Assembly (NCBI GenBank): GCA_019695345.1
Contig: JAIBAE010000021.1
Span: 1-57,335, forward strand
DNA: 57,335 nucleotides
Origin: Bacteroidota bacterium
Lineage (GTDB): Bacteria > Bacteroidota > Ignavibacteria > Kapaibacteriales > NICIL-2
Reading direction: 5' to 3'
Below the pieces are notes generated by a model. The model saw nothing but the letters and a program-made list of their open reading frames with translations. It did not search any database and had not been told where the DNA came from. Position numbers and translations under genes: made by a program. Shown here one piece after another: positions 20,808 to 30,099 of the stretch. The first letter of the stretch is position 1, and the number at the start of each line of letters is the position of its first letter.

Positions 20808-20818
20808 TAGTAAATAGT

Positions 20819-21071
20819 TGCTAACGCCTGACCGCACCACACGTTGTACATCATAACACCAAACTGTTTGCGGGAAAAGAACCACGCACAAGCAACAACA
20901 GTTATCGTGATGGGAAATACTAACACGGAGAATCAGAGGCACGGAGTTTTTCACGGAGAAGAATTCTCATAAATCACACCCACACGATTTCAATTCTTAT
21001 TGAGATAAGAATCTCTCCCGCCGTGGGTGAGTGGGCTGTAACATAAGGTTTGGTGCGGTCATGCGATAGCA
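20819..21071. mobile_element. MITE copy M6 (divergent long form, 253 bp)
   Basis: Left end TGCTAACGCCTGACCGCACCA, right end GGTTTGGTGCGGTCATGCGATAGCA. Internal CGTGATGGGAAATACTAACACGGAGAATCAGAGGCACGGAG is homologous to M4/M5. It sits between the 3' ends of the binding-protein gene and the MBL gene. Confidence 0.65.
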
Positions 21072-21075
21072 AAAG

Positions 21076-22059
21076 TTATTGCAATACTACTTCCTCTCCG
21101 AGTGCGGGAAACAGAATGTTGGTGCGTGATGTTGCGCTGAGTTTTTGCAAAACGCGGTATGGGTCGCCCAGTGGCTCGTCGGATAAATCGAAGGTTCCAA
21201 AGTGCATTGGAATTGTGTACCGTGCGTTCATTTCTTCGGCGGCGCGCACAGCATTTGTTGGCGATATGTGTGCTGACCCCATAAACCATTCGGGTTTGTA
21301 TGCACCTGCACCAATAATGCAGTAGTCTATGGTGCCAAACAGTTGTGCTACTTCGGGTAAGTGTGCATCGTAACCGGTATCGCCGCTAAAGTAGATTGTG
21401 TGTGTTGGTGTTTTAAATATAAATGCGCCCCACAAGCGTTTGTTGGTGTCGCTAAATAAACGTCTGCCCCAATGGCGCGAGGGTAAAAAGTACGCTTCAA
21501 ATCCGTTGATGCCGGTGTATTGCTGGTACCATCCTGCAGCTTGTATTGCGTTAGTTTTTGTCCATGAGTAGAGCAACTCGTCGCACCCTAAACTTGTTCT
21601 AAACTTTACATGTGGGTTCTGCTTGAATAGTGCTTGTATGCTTGGTTTATCGGCGTGGTCGCGATGGTCGTGCGAAAGAAATATGTAATCAATATTTGTT
21701 AGTTGATTGATTGTAACAGGCAACGGCGATTTACGCTTTACTGTTGAACCAATACTACTAAGCACAGGGTCGAGCAGAAGAGTTGTACCACCAAGCCGCA
21801 TAAAAAACGTTGCATGACCCAGCCACACAATGCAATCGTTAGTGGAAGTTAAAAACTCTCCGCTAGTATTGATTAGCATGGTAAACGTATCACGTTTCTT
21901 TTCCTGGCGGTGTGGGTTGCGCTCTGTTTGCCAACGAATCAACTTCTTCAATTCCGGCATAAACGGGTTGTACTGATTTACATAGCGTCCGTTTGCATCA
22001 AGCGGATTTCCATTCCAACCTTCTTTTATAAAACGTAATTCCGGGTTGTGTGTTTTCAT
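21076..22059 (-). CDS. Metallo-beta-lactamase-fold hydrolase (NAPE-PLD-like)
   Basis: HxHxDH motif (LSHDHRDH). Later His/Asp ligands present. Paralogous to the adjacent gene. Confidence 0.75.
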   Translation of the reverse strand: MKTHNPELRFIKEGWNGNPLDANGRYVNQYNPFMPELKKLIRWQTERNPHRQEKKRDTFTMLINTSGEFLTSTNDCIVWLGHATFFMRLGGTTLLLDPVLSSIGSTVKRKSPLPVTINQLTNIDYIFLSHDHRDHADKPSIQALFKQNPHVKFRTSLGCDELLYSWTKTNAIQAAGWYQQYTGINGFEAYFLPSRHWGRRLFSDTNKRLWGAFIFKTPTHTIYFSGDTGYDAHLPEVAQLFGTIDYCIIGAGAYKPEWFMGSAHISPTNAVRAAEEMNARYTIPMHFGTFDLSDEPLGDPYRVLQKLSATSRTNILFPALGEEVVLQ

Positions 22060-22067
22060 ATGTAGTG

Positions 22068-23030
22068 TTAATCGTGTTTAGGAATTACAACCCACTGTCC
22101 GCCAATGGGAAGTATAGTAACTGTTGTATCTGTAATGCCACGCGCTTGCATTGCCGTGCGCAAAATGCCTGATGCTTCGCCCACAGTATCAGCTGTTGAG
22201 TTAGAATAGGTATCAAAATGAATTGGCATCATGTGTTTGGCTTTTAAATCGATAAACCCTTGCAGCGCTTCAATGGGGTCGGTATGGGCGCGCTTCATAA
22301 ACTCACGAGGATGAATAGGTGCAATAGGCATGAGAGCACAATCTATGTTGGGAAAGCGCGCACCTGCTTTTGTAAAAATAGAATCGTTATAACCGGTGTC
22401 GCCACCAAAGTACACGCGCATTCCGTGGTATTCCAACACATAGCCGGTGCATGAATTGCGCATCCATGTTTCATCCAAACCGTAACGCCCACCAAGATGT
22501 TGCACAGGAACCGCGGTAATGCTAATGCCATCGCGCGTCCACGTTTGCCACGGGCGTAACTCTATAGTTGGAAAGCTATAATTTGGCGTATAGGTTAATC
22601 CTTCTTGCGGAACAAACAAACGCGAGGTTTTATCTTCAATCTCATCAAGCGAACCATACGATAAATGGTCGAAGTGCATATGCGATACCAACACGGCACT
22701 TAAAGTTGGTAGTTTTTCTATATCAATACCCGGCTCGTAAAACCGCTTTGAAAGCATGCCAACTGTAGAAGTAAGATTGGGGTCGGTAAGGAAAAACTTA
22801 TCATCCATTTGTATAAGCACCGTAGCGTGCCCAACCCACGTAACAGCAAGGCGCGCATCGCTCCGTTGTAATGTAGTTGGTTTGTTTGCAACAGGTTTAA
22901 TGGGCTGTACGTACGATTCCATATTCCGCGAGAAGAAACTCCAGAACGGAACTTTACATCCACTGCTTCCCACAGCAAACAAGCACACTATAAGCAACGT
23001 ACACAGTTTGGTAAAAATTGATGAGTTCAC
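22068..23030 (-). CDS. Metallo-beta-lactamase-fold hydrolase (NAPE-PLD-like), secreted paralog
   Basis: Signal peptide. HxHxDH motif (VSHMHFDHLS). Tandem paralog of 21076..22059. Confidence 0.75.
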   Translation of the reverse strand: MNSSIFTKLCTLLIVCLFAVGSSGCKVPFWSFFSRNMESYVQPIKPVANKPTTLQRSDARLAVTWVGHATVLIQMDDKFFLTDPNLTSTVGMLSKRFYEPGIDIEKLPTLSAVLVSHMHFDHLSYGSLDEIEDKTSRLFVPQEGLTYTPNYSFPTIELRPWQTWTRDGISITAVPVQHLGGRYGLDETWMRNSCTGYVLEYHGMRVYFGGDTGYNDSIFTKAGARFPNIDCALMPIAPIHPREFMKRAHTDPIEALQGFIDLKAKHMMPIHFDTYSNSTADTVGEASGILRTAMQARGITDTTVTILPIGGQWVVIPKHD

Positions 23031-23031
23031 G

Positions 23032-23598
23032 TTAAAAGTACCGTATGTTTAACGAAATAGTAAACGGTGCCGCAGTACGTTCAGGCGTGTACAATGCGTT
23101 AACACCAAACAGACCAAACAACGTGTACAAGCCGGCTTCGTAGCCAAGAGTTTTTTCTGAACCAAACCACGAGTAATGTGCGCCAACCGAACACGATACA
23201 TGCTCGCCATGTCGGTACACAGGCAAGAACGCACGTAATCCACTACGCGAACCCCAACGGGCGTTACCAAACTCTGCATTGCTCCATTCGGGTGAGATGT
23301 GTGCTTCAATCGAACCGCTGTGACGTTGGTACGGTTCTGCCATCAGCACTCGCCACGGAGTTAGCTTTCTGTTTGCTCCCCACGAATACAACAAAGGCGT
23401 TAGGTTCCACCGCACTCCGGCAAATACATCACCATTAACTGGCGTCCATGTAAAGGAAGGAACTAACTGCACTAATGCCCATTCGGGCGTAATGCGGCGT
23501 GGGGATTCTGTTGCTTGTGCTTCTATGCTATCGGCAGAGGTTTGTGCAATACAGGAACCGGCCGCCAAAACAATCAGCGCACATATATAGGTAATCAT
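23032..23598 (-). CDS. Putative outer-membrane beta-barrel protein (hypothetical)
   Basis: Signal peptide. Alternating aromatic beta-strand pattern. C-terminal residue is Phe (…ISLNIRYF). Its stop lies 1 bp from the upstream gene's start, which suggests an operon with the two MBL genes. Confidence 0.5.
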   Translation of the reverse strand: MITYICALIVLAAGSCIAQTSADSIEAQATESPRRITPEWALVQLVPSFTWTPVNGDVFAGVRWNLTPLLYSWGANRKLTPWRVLMAEPYQRHSGSIEAHISPEWSNAEFGNARWGSRSGLRAFLPVYRHGEHVSCSVGAHYSWFGSEKTLGYEAGLYTLFGLFGVNALYTPERTAAPFTISLNIRYF

Positions 23599-23665
23599 AC
23601 ATTGTTTCTACTATAACTATGCGGACTGTGTACGTACAACTATTGTTTATGTTGTAGGAGTATTT

Positions 23666-23689
23666 TGCTATCGCCCGACCGCACCAAAC
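23666..23689. repeat. Solo MITE terminal repeat (TGCTATCGCCCGACCGCACCAAAC)
   Basis: Matches the family left TIR and is the exact inverse of the M6 right end. No partner TIR lies nearby. Confidence 0.5.
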
Positions 23690-23789
23690 ATGCATTGCAA
23701 ACAGAACATAATATAGGCGGGACAATAACATATGCTAAGTAACACGGACTATTGTGGATAAGATACTATACAAATGTTTGTTGAATGCG

Positions 23790-23850
23790 ATGCTGTACGG
23801 GGTGGTTCGCACCGGGTTGGCGCGCTTAAGGGTTGCTTCGGTAGATGAGA
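23790..23850. repeat. Family B dispersed repeat (forward-type)
   Basis: GGTGGTTCGCACCGGGTTGGCGCGCTTAAGGGTTGCTTCGGTAG. Confidence 0.6.
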
Positions 23851-24045
23851 GTAAAAATATATCTATTATGATTTGTAGTTAAAGGATTAAACTTTTATCA
23901 ACAGAATTGTGTGTGATAGCGAACTGCCTATATTTGTAAAGCATCGAATTTCAAAAATTAAGTGTATTCGGTATCTTTATATATAGAGCAGTGTGATACT
24001 GTAGATATTTGCGTTATTTTATTCACATTATAGGGGAGTTCTTTT

Positions 24046-24468
24046 ATGGGAATGATGCAAGAGTTTAAAGAATTTGCAATGAAGGGGAATGTTGTTGATT
24101 TGGCAGTTGGTGTTATTATTGGTGGTGCATTTGGCAAAATAGTGGGAGCGATGGTTGAAAAAATCCTTAATCCTGTAATTGGTCTTGCTATTGGTGGTAT
24201 TGATTTTGGGCAGTTGAAAATTGTTCTTAAAAATGCAGTAACTGATGCCACCGGAAAAGTAACTACGCCAGAGGTAGCAATTGGATATGGGGAGTTACTT
24301 AATACCATAGTTCAGTTTGTGATTGTTGCCTTTGTGTTGTTTTTAGTGATTAAATCCATGAACAGTATGAAGCGTAAGCAAGAAGAAGCACCAGCCGCAC
24401 CACCAGCACCAACTACAGAGGAAACACTTCTTACAGAGATACGAGACCTGCTAAAACAACGTGCATAA
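24046..24468 (+). CDS. mscL: Large-conductance mechanosensitive channel MscL
   Basis: Near-collinear with E. coli MscL: [52 protein letters not shown]-terminal [11 protein letters not shown] strong terminator follows. Either M1 or M4 (MMQEF) could be the start. Confidence 0.9.
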   Translation: MGMMQEFKEFAMKGNVVDLAVGVIIGGAFGKIVGAMVEKILNPVIGLAIGGIDFGQLKIVLKNAVTDATGKVTTPEVAIGYGELLNTIVQFVIVAFVLFLVIKSMNSMKRKQEEAPAAPPAPTTEETLLTEIRDLLKQRA

Positions 24469-24518
24469 AACGCAAGTTAACTAGTGAAAATGCATATGAA
24501 AGATGTGTGTATGTATAC

Positions 24519-24566
24519 GCCGTAGAGAGAGTTGAAATGTAATTTTCTCTACGGCTTTTGTATTTA
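24519..24566 (+). terminator. Rho-independent terminator after mscL
   Basis: Stem GCCGTAGAGA / TCTCTACGGC (10 bp) followed by TTTTGTATTT. Confidence 0.8.
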
Positions 24567-24624
24567 TAGTTAGAAACGCAAGAATAATAATGTGATGTAT
24601 TACTTTTATTTATGGAGATAAAGA

Positions 24625-25503
24625 ATGAACACCAGACTGCTTTTCTTATGTATGTTACTTTTGACCGGTTCTTATATACTTCAAGCTACAGAGAATGTAC
24701 AGGATTCTTCTTGGAAATCAAGTGGAACCCTTGGTGCAAACCTAACACAAGTAAGTTTAACAAACTGGTCGGGCGGTGGGCAAAATACGATTGCAATTAC
24801 AGGTTTATTCAATTATGCGTTTAGTCATAAAACAGAGTCAGGGATATGGGAGAACTCTCTTGACCTTGGTTACGGAATGACAAAGCTTGCCGATAAAGAT
24901 TTTCGCAAAAGTGATGATAAGATCATCTTGATTTCTAAGTATGGGTACAAAGCAACCGAAAACCTGAGCTACGCCGCGCTATTAGATTTCCGTACACAGA
25001 TTGATAAGGGGTACTCGTATGATGCTAAAACCGACAGTGCTACCAAAATTTCAAACTTATTAGCACCCGCTAACTTATTAGTGGGATTAGGAGCAACCTA
25101 TAAACCTGTTGATTACCTTACAATAACACTTGCACCGTTGGCAAATCGTTTACTGATAGTAGCTGATAAGGATTTACAGAACGGCTCGTTAGGAACTGAT
25201 TCCGGAAAAGCAATTAAAAGCGACCTTGGTGTGCAAATGAACGCAACATTCAAAAAAGAACTTATGACCAACATTGGACTTGAGTCAAAATTGGTTGTCT
25301 TTGCACCATATGCATTGATTTCCCAGCAGTTAATAAACTGGAATACCATGCTAAACTTAAAAGTGAACGATTATATCAATGCAAGTTTTGCATTAGATGT
25401 AATTTACGACCCAAGAGTTGTGATAACTCGCGACGACGGAAGTAAAGGTCCGTCAACCCAAATACGTAATGTTATAGGTATAGGGTTTGGGTATAAGTTC
25501 TGA
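24625..25503 (+). CDS. Outer-membrane protein, DUF3078-like (hypothetical)
   Basis: Signal peptide. NWSGGG motif. Beta-rich sequence ending GIGFGYKF. The family assignment is from memory. Confidence 0.5.
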   Translation: MNTRLLFLCMLLLTGSYILQATENVQDSSWKSSGTLGANLTQVSLTNWSGGGQNTIAITGLFNYAFSHKTESGIWENSLDLGYGMTKLADKDFRKSDDKIILISKYGYKATENLSYAALLDFRTQIDKGYSYDAKTDSATKISNLLAPANLLVGLGATYKPVDYLTITLAPLANRLLIVADKDLQNGSLGTDSGKAIKSDLGVQMNATFKKELMTNIGLESKLVVFAPYALISQQLINWNTMLNLKVNDYINASFALDVIYDPRVVITRDDGSKGPSTQIRNVIGIGFGYKF

Positions 25504-25699
25504 TTGATGTAATCCGTTGTAAATACAGGAAAATATGATAAAATTCCGGTGATAGAATTCTGACATTATGTTCATTTGGCATAAAAATTTGTTGATGTGC
25601 ATAACCAGAAGTATATTGCCTTATCATTTTGGCGATAACAGGGTATTGCGGGGGCAATATCCTGTTACATATATCTATTATAATAACGACGGAGGTCTA

Positions 25700-28264
25700 A
25701 TGGAGAAGAAACCCTTCCGCCTGTCAGTGCGATGGATTGCTCTCGCCGTTACAGCATTATTGTTTAGTGGCATCTCAGCAAATGCTCAACAGGAAAAACC
25801 ACAAACACCGGTTAAGAAAAAGAACCCAGCTGCGGTTTTTCCCGATGAGTATTCGGACTTAGATGACAATAATAGCAAAGGTGCTGTTAGCGATGAGATC
25901 AACCAAAAACTTGAAGAATCACGCCAATACTATTTACGCGGGCTTAGCCAAATTGAGCGCGGAGACACCACAAAGGCTGCTAAGTTGTTTGAAAGTGCTA
26001 TTGATATTCTCAATGAATTGGCTAGTACTCCCGGCATTGAGCGTAATGAAGATTACTCGGATTTAGCACAATCTATTTTGGAAGATTACGAGAGCTACGT
26101 GCGTAGCATTGATAATCTTGACGAAAACTCATCAATGTTTATTCTGCGTGAGAAGATATTTCAGGAAATGGATCAGTATGCGCAGAGTAAATCCGGTGTA
26201 CAACCATTTAAAGTTGGGGTAGATAACCAAACCAAAAATGGTTCACTTATCACATCAATACCGCTTACACAAAACGAATACGTTGCAAGAAGTATTACCT
26301 TCCTTACCGACCCGGCAAGTGCAGGTAAAAAGTACTTTAAAAATTGGATTGCACGTACCGGTAAGTGGTTCCCATTACTAAAACGAATTGCCCGCGAAGA
26401 AAAAATGCCAGAAGAGATAATTCACCTTGCTATGATAGAAAGTGGATTAAATCCTAATGCAGTATCGCGTGCTAAAGCTGTGGGTATGTGGCAGTTTATG
26501 CAATCAACCGGTTCATTATACGGTTTGCGCGTTACCCAATGGGTTGACGAACGACGTGACCCCGAGAAAGCAACCCGTGCCGCAATGCGTCACTTGCGCG
26601 ATTTATATACCGAGTTTGGCGATTGGCATTTAGCATTAGCTGCTTATAACTGCGGTGCCGGTGGAGTAAAACGTGCCATCAAAGCATCGGGTATAGAAAA
26701 TCCTGACTACTGGCAAGTGCGTGATTTCCTTCCAAAAGAAACACGTGGTTATGTGCCAATTTTTTGTGCTGCTGCGTTGGTAACAATGCAACATGAAGCA
26801 TATGGTTTTAAAGCAGAAGAAATTAACTTCGAACCTGAATATCAGATTGATACATACGTTATTAAAGAACCTGTTGCATTAAAGGCTATTGCAAAATGCG
26901 CAAATATCAGTCTTGATAGCTTGATGCACCTAAACCCGGAGTTACTCAGGAATTCTACACCACCCGAAGGCGAGTACAGAGTAAAAATACCAGCGGGAAT
27001 AAAGGAAGACTTTGTAGCATCACTTACTGCATTAACACCCGAAGAAAAACAGCCATGGATTACCCACGAGGTTCGTAAAGGCGAAACATTGGCATCCATT
27101 GCTGCTGTATATGGTATTCCTGCCTCGGAAATTGCCTCGGCAAATATGCTTGGCGGTTATCGCGTAAAACTTCGCAGAGGCTCGGTACTTAAAATTCCAA
27201 CTGATGTTGCATCGGTTGTGCCAAACACGGGCAATCTTGCCTCTAATTCATCAACATCAAATCAGTCAACAACCAACGATTCATCAAACGATAACTCAAC
27301 CGATAACGATGCAACTGAAACCGGAAATGATGTTAAACCAACGCAGGTTACACCGGCAACAGGTAATACAAAACGCCTTATGCACATGGTATCCAATGGC
27401 GAAACATTATTCAGTATTGCAAATCGTTACGGTGTTCGTTTAACCGACTTACGTAACTGGAATAATCTTTCGTACGATGAAGACAATGTACAAGCCGGAT
27501 CTACACTTGTTATTAACTTAACAAACGTAAATAACTCAGCAAACGCTAACACTCCTATACCGCAGATAACCAAAGGCGAAACAAAAAGTATAGCGGTATC
27601 TACAGAGCCTGTTACACAGCCAACAATAACAAAGAAAGAACAACCAGAACAAAAAGAGAAGTCCGAAACAAAGGTTGTAAAAATACCGCGTCAGGTTGCA
27701 AAAGTTGTTGTACACAAAGTAAACCGTGGCGAAACATTAGCACAGATTGCCGACGATTACAACACAACCATTCAGGCAATCAGTAAAATGAACGGACTGA
27801 AACCCAAAAAAGGGTTACTTGCCGGCCAACTCTTAAAAATCGAAACCAAAGTAAACTCCGAAGAACCTTCGGTTGCTGCTAATAAAAAACACGAAGCAGC
27901 TGAAGAAGAACCACAAGGAAAAGCTACTGTAGTAAAGGTTCGTAAAGGGGATAATATCGGAACACTTGCTGCTAAGTACGGCGTACGCGAAAGCCAATTA
28001 ATAAAATGGAATCCATCGCTTGCCGAAGGTAAAGTACTTGCCGGACAAAACATCAAAGTGTACACTCCGCAAACATCAAAAGGCAGCGCATCATCTACAC
28101 CAAAAACAATCAACAAACTGCCAAAAAGTTACACGGTACGCAACGGCGATACTATGTACTCCATAGCAAACAGATATGGTGTAACAGTTGCACAATTACA
28201 AGCTAAGAATAAAGGTCTTGAACCATCTACAATCCGTATCGGACAAAAAATACGCTTGCAATAA
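25700..28264 (+). CDS. mltD: Membrane-bound lytic murein transglycosylase D-like protein (SLT domain + 5 LysM domains)
   Basis: I chose the start at ATG 25700 (MEKKPFRLSVRWIALAVTALLFSGISANA), which has GGAGGT 6 nt upstream; the track's 25568 start adds 44 aa with no signal peptide. SLT motif MIESGLNPNAVSRAKAVGMWQFMQSTG. Five LysM-like repeats (e.g. HEVRKGETLASIAAVYGI, YTVRNGDTMYSIANRYGV). A terminator follows. Confidence 0.85.
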   Translation: MEKKPFRLSVRWIALAVTALLFSGISANAQQEKPQTPVKKKNPAAVFPDEYSDLDDNNSKGAVSDEINQKLEESRQYYLRGLSQIERGDTTKAAKLFESAIDILNELASTPGIERNEDYSDLAQSILEDYESYVRSIDNLDENSSMFILREKIFQEMDQYAQSKSGVQPFKVGVDNQTKNGSLITSIPLTQNEYVARSITFLTDPASAGKKYFKNWIARTGKWFPLLKRIAREEKMPEEIIHLAMIESGLNPNAVSRAKAVGMWQFMQSTGSLYGLRVTQWVDERRDPEKATRAAMRHLRDLYTEFGDWHLALAAYNCGAGGVKRAIKASGIENPDYWQVRDFLPKETRGYVPIFCAAALVTMQHEAYGFKAEEINFEPEYQIDTYVIKEPVALKAIAKCANISLDSLMHLNPELLRNSTPPEGEYRVKIPAGIKEDFVASLTALTPEEKQPWITHEVRKGETLASIAAVYGIPASEIASANMLGGYRVKLRRGSVLKIPTDVASVVPNTGNLASNSSTSNQSTTNDSSNDNSTDNDATETGNDVKPTQVTPATGNTKRLMHMVSNGETLFSIANRYGVRLTDLRNWNNLSYDEDNVQAGSTLVINLTNVNNSANANTPIPQITKGETKSIAVSTEPVTQPTITKKEQPEQKEKSETKVVKIPRQVAKVVVHKVNRGETLAQIADDYNTTIQAISKMNGLKPKKGLLAGQLLKIETKVNSEEPSVAANKKHEAAEEEPQGKATVVKVRKGDNIGTLAAKYGVRESQLIKWNPSLAEGKVLAGQNIKVYTPQTSKGSASSTPKTINKLPKSYTVRNGDTMYSIANRYGVTVAQLQAKNKGLEPSTIRIGQKIRLQ

Positions 28265-28287
28265 ACAACAGTATTCCAAAAAGTAAA

Positions 28288-28325
28288 AGGTCGGGAGATA
28301 TAGTTTTCTCCTGACCTTTTTTATT
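28288..28325 (+). terminator. Rho-independent terminator after mltD
   Basis: Stem AGGTCGGGAGA / TCTCCTGACCT (11 bp with one G-U pair) followed by TTTTTTATT. Confidence 0.8.
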
Positions 28326-28344
28326 ATTGAGGATATTATATTGC

Positions 28345-28462
28345 TCCCACTTCTGCCGAAGCATCGCTTAAGCGCGCCAACCCGGTGCGAGCCAAACGTT
28401 CAGCGTCGCAGATAATTACTCTCTCGCAAAGTAGCAAAGACGCAGAGGGTACGAATGGTGTC
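28345..28462. repeat. Family B dispersed repeat with leader segment (reverse orientation, about 115 bp)
   Basis: TTCTGCCGAAGCATCGCTTAAGCGCGCCAACCCGGTGCGAGCCAAACGTTCAGCGTCGCAGATAATTACTCTCTCGCAAAG…. This is the reverse complement of the 44363-44480 and 49054-49170 type. Confidence 0.65.
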
Positions 28463-28690
28463 TTGTTATTCTGAGCAATGTGAAGAACCTTTCGCCACTG
28501 CTTTGTCATTCTGAGCAGCGCGAAGAATCTGTTCAGGTGTGGCTACTGTATTAACGTAATTTTCGTAGCGACGCGCGATGCCTCGCGTCGAGGAAATACA
28601 CAACAGTATGGCATTGTGCACTCTGTGAATAACTCTGTGCAACTCTGTGGGAACCTCGTACAAATGTAGAGTTTTTGCGCCGCTGTAACG
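28462..28690. repeat. Cluster of short repeat modules: 2x TGTCATTCTGAGCA…GAAGAA motif, C-hairpin (GCGACGCG…CGCGTCG), D-module (3x ACTCTGTG)
   Basis: CTTGTTATTCTGAGCAATGTGAAGAACC and TGTCATTCTGAGCAGCGCGAAGAATC (reverse of GATTCTTCGCGNTGCTCAGAATGACA). CGTAGCGACGCGCGATGCCTCGCGTCGAGG (same as 48956-48995 and 56680-56715). CACTCTGTGAATAACTCTGTGCAACTCTGTGGGAACCTCG (same as 46900-46950 and 54595-54655 in reverse). Confidence 0.6.
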
Positions 28691-28740
28691 ATTGGCTCCG
28701 CCCGTGTGACGGCGCTGAAGAATTGCTTCGGCGTTGAACC
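28691..28740. repeat. Family B dispersed repeat (variant GGCTCCGCCCGTGTGACGGCGCTGAAGAATTGCTTCGGCG)
   Basis: Shares CCGCCCGTGTGACGGCGC with the 16255 and 31471 copies and GCTTCGGC with the forward-type copies. Confidence 0.5.
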
Positions 28741-28769
28741 GAAACTAAAATATTACACAGGAATTTGAA

Positions 28770-29186
28770 TTATTCGTTGATAGCAGTGATATACCAGCTT
28801 CCTGCTATGTTGGTGGTAGTTAGCGAAAGTGTTTTGATATAGCCAACTTCGAGATTTACGCTACAAACGGTATCGCTGTTTTGTTTGCTTGTTACTGCTG
28901 TTACGGCTTTTTGGGCAACAAGGCGTTGCAAGCGTGCAACATCGTCGTACAACTCGTAGGTTTCAACGGCTAAATACAAACGTCCGCTTGGGTGCGCCAT
29001 AATTTTTGTAGCGGCTTTAATGTTGTTGCTATCTAATTCTTTCTTGAACAACCGTACTGCACCCTGGGGCGAGTTTTGCGTAAAACTTGGTGCCGGAGCA
29101 ATATTTGATGAGCCACAACCAACTACGCTAATGCATAATGCAATAGCAATAAGAAGTGTGATTGTATGTAGGTGGTGATTTGCCAT
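28770..29186 (-). CDS. Hypothetical lipoprotein
   Basis: I moved the start to MANHHLHTITLLIAIALCISVVGC (lipobox VVGC). 138 aa. No domain recognised. Confidence 0.5.
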   Translation of the reverse strand: MANHHLHTITLLIAIALCISVVGCGSSNIAPAPSFTQNSPQGAVRLFKKELDSNNIKAATKIMAHPSGRLYLAVETYELYDDVARLQRLVAQKAVTAVTSKQNSDTVCSVNLEVGYIKTLSLTTTNIAGSWYITAINE

Positions 29187-29225
29187 ACTTGGTGTATCGG
29201 ACGAATGACACACAAATTTAAGATT

Positions 29226-30098
29226 TTACAATTCAAAAAAAAGAGAAGTTTCTGTAATAACCGTTTCTAATGCCTCGGTAGTTCCCGCAAACGGATGAAC
29301 AGCCCCAAAAGTGTGTCCGGTTTTGGGTATAGTTATTCTGGATGTAATGGTGTTTGTATCGTGTTGAATTAGCTGGTCGGACTCGCGCAGTGGGGTTGTC
29401 ATGTCTTGTTCGCCAACAATTATTCTAACCGGAATGGTTAACGAAGCAATTGCGGCTGTTAAGGAGTACTCTTGCGCATGCTGTTCGATATCGTTAAGGT
29501 ACGATACATTTTGGCGCAATAACTCGTTGGTTCGGGTGTTCAGTACTTCAAAGTATCCGCGTTCGCGCCATTGTTGCTGTTGCCGCGCAGTATGGCGGTT
29601 ATACGTTGATACCGGCGCAAGTAGCACTGCTTTGCTTATGCGTTGATTCCGCACTGCTGTAAGTAACGCTAACCCAGCCCCGCGCGAGTGCCCCAAGGCG
29701 TAGATGTTGTTATTCCACGTTATGTGATTTGGTAGTATTGTTTTATTAGTAATGGCAGTAAGCACAATCTCGCTATCAAGAAGTTCCTGCGTTATGGTAT
29801 TGCGCGCAAACTTCTCGGTGTTGGTTACCGAGCCATCGCTATGTTCATCAAATCCGTTAAGCGAATAATTGAAGTTTACCACAATTGCACCGCGTAGCGC
29901 AAGTTCCGCACACAAGTAACCAAAAAAGCCCCAGTCCTTAAATGCCTTGAACCCATGCAGAACAACTACAACAGGCAATGCACTATTATTCTGCATTTGT
30001 TTTGGGAAACGTACATTACCGGTAATTGCATCGTTGTTACTGTTATACAACGTAAAGTCGGTACACTCAACATCAGGATGTTGGTAGGTAATGTTCAT
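29226..30098 (-). CDS. Alpha/beta-fold hydrolase (esterase/lipase-like)
   Basis: VVVLHGF oxyanion region. GHSRG nucleophile elbow (GxSxG). Later Asp/His candidates are present. Confidence 0.7.
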   Translation of the reverse strand: MNITYQHPDVECTDFTLYNSNNDAITGNVRFPKQMQNNSALPVVVVLHGFKAFKDWGFFGYLCAELALRGAIVVNFNYSLNGFDEHSDGSVTNTEKFARNTITQELLDSEIVLTAITNKTILPNHITWNNNIYALGHSRGAGLALLTAVRNQRISKAVLLAPVSTYNRHTARQQQQWRERGYFEVLNTRTNELLRQNVSYLNDIEQHAQEYSLTAAIASLTIPVRIIVGEQDMTTPLRESDQLIQHDTNTITSRITIPKTGHTFGAVHPFAGTTEALETVITETSLFFEL

Positions 30099-30099
30099 G

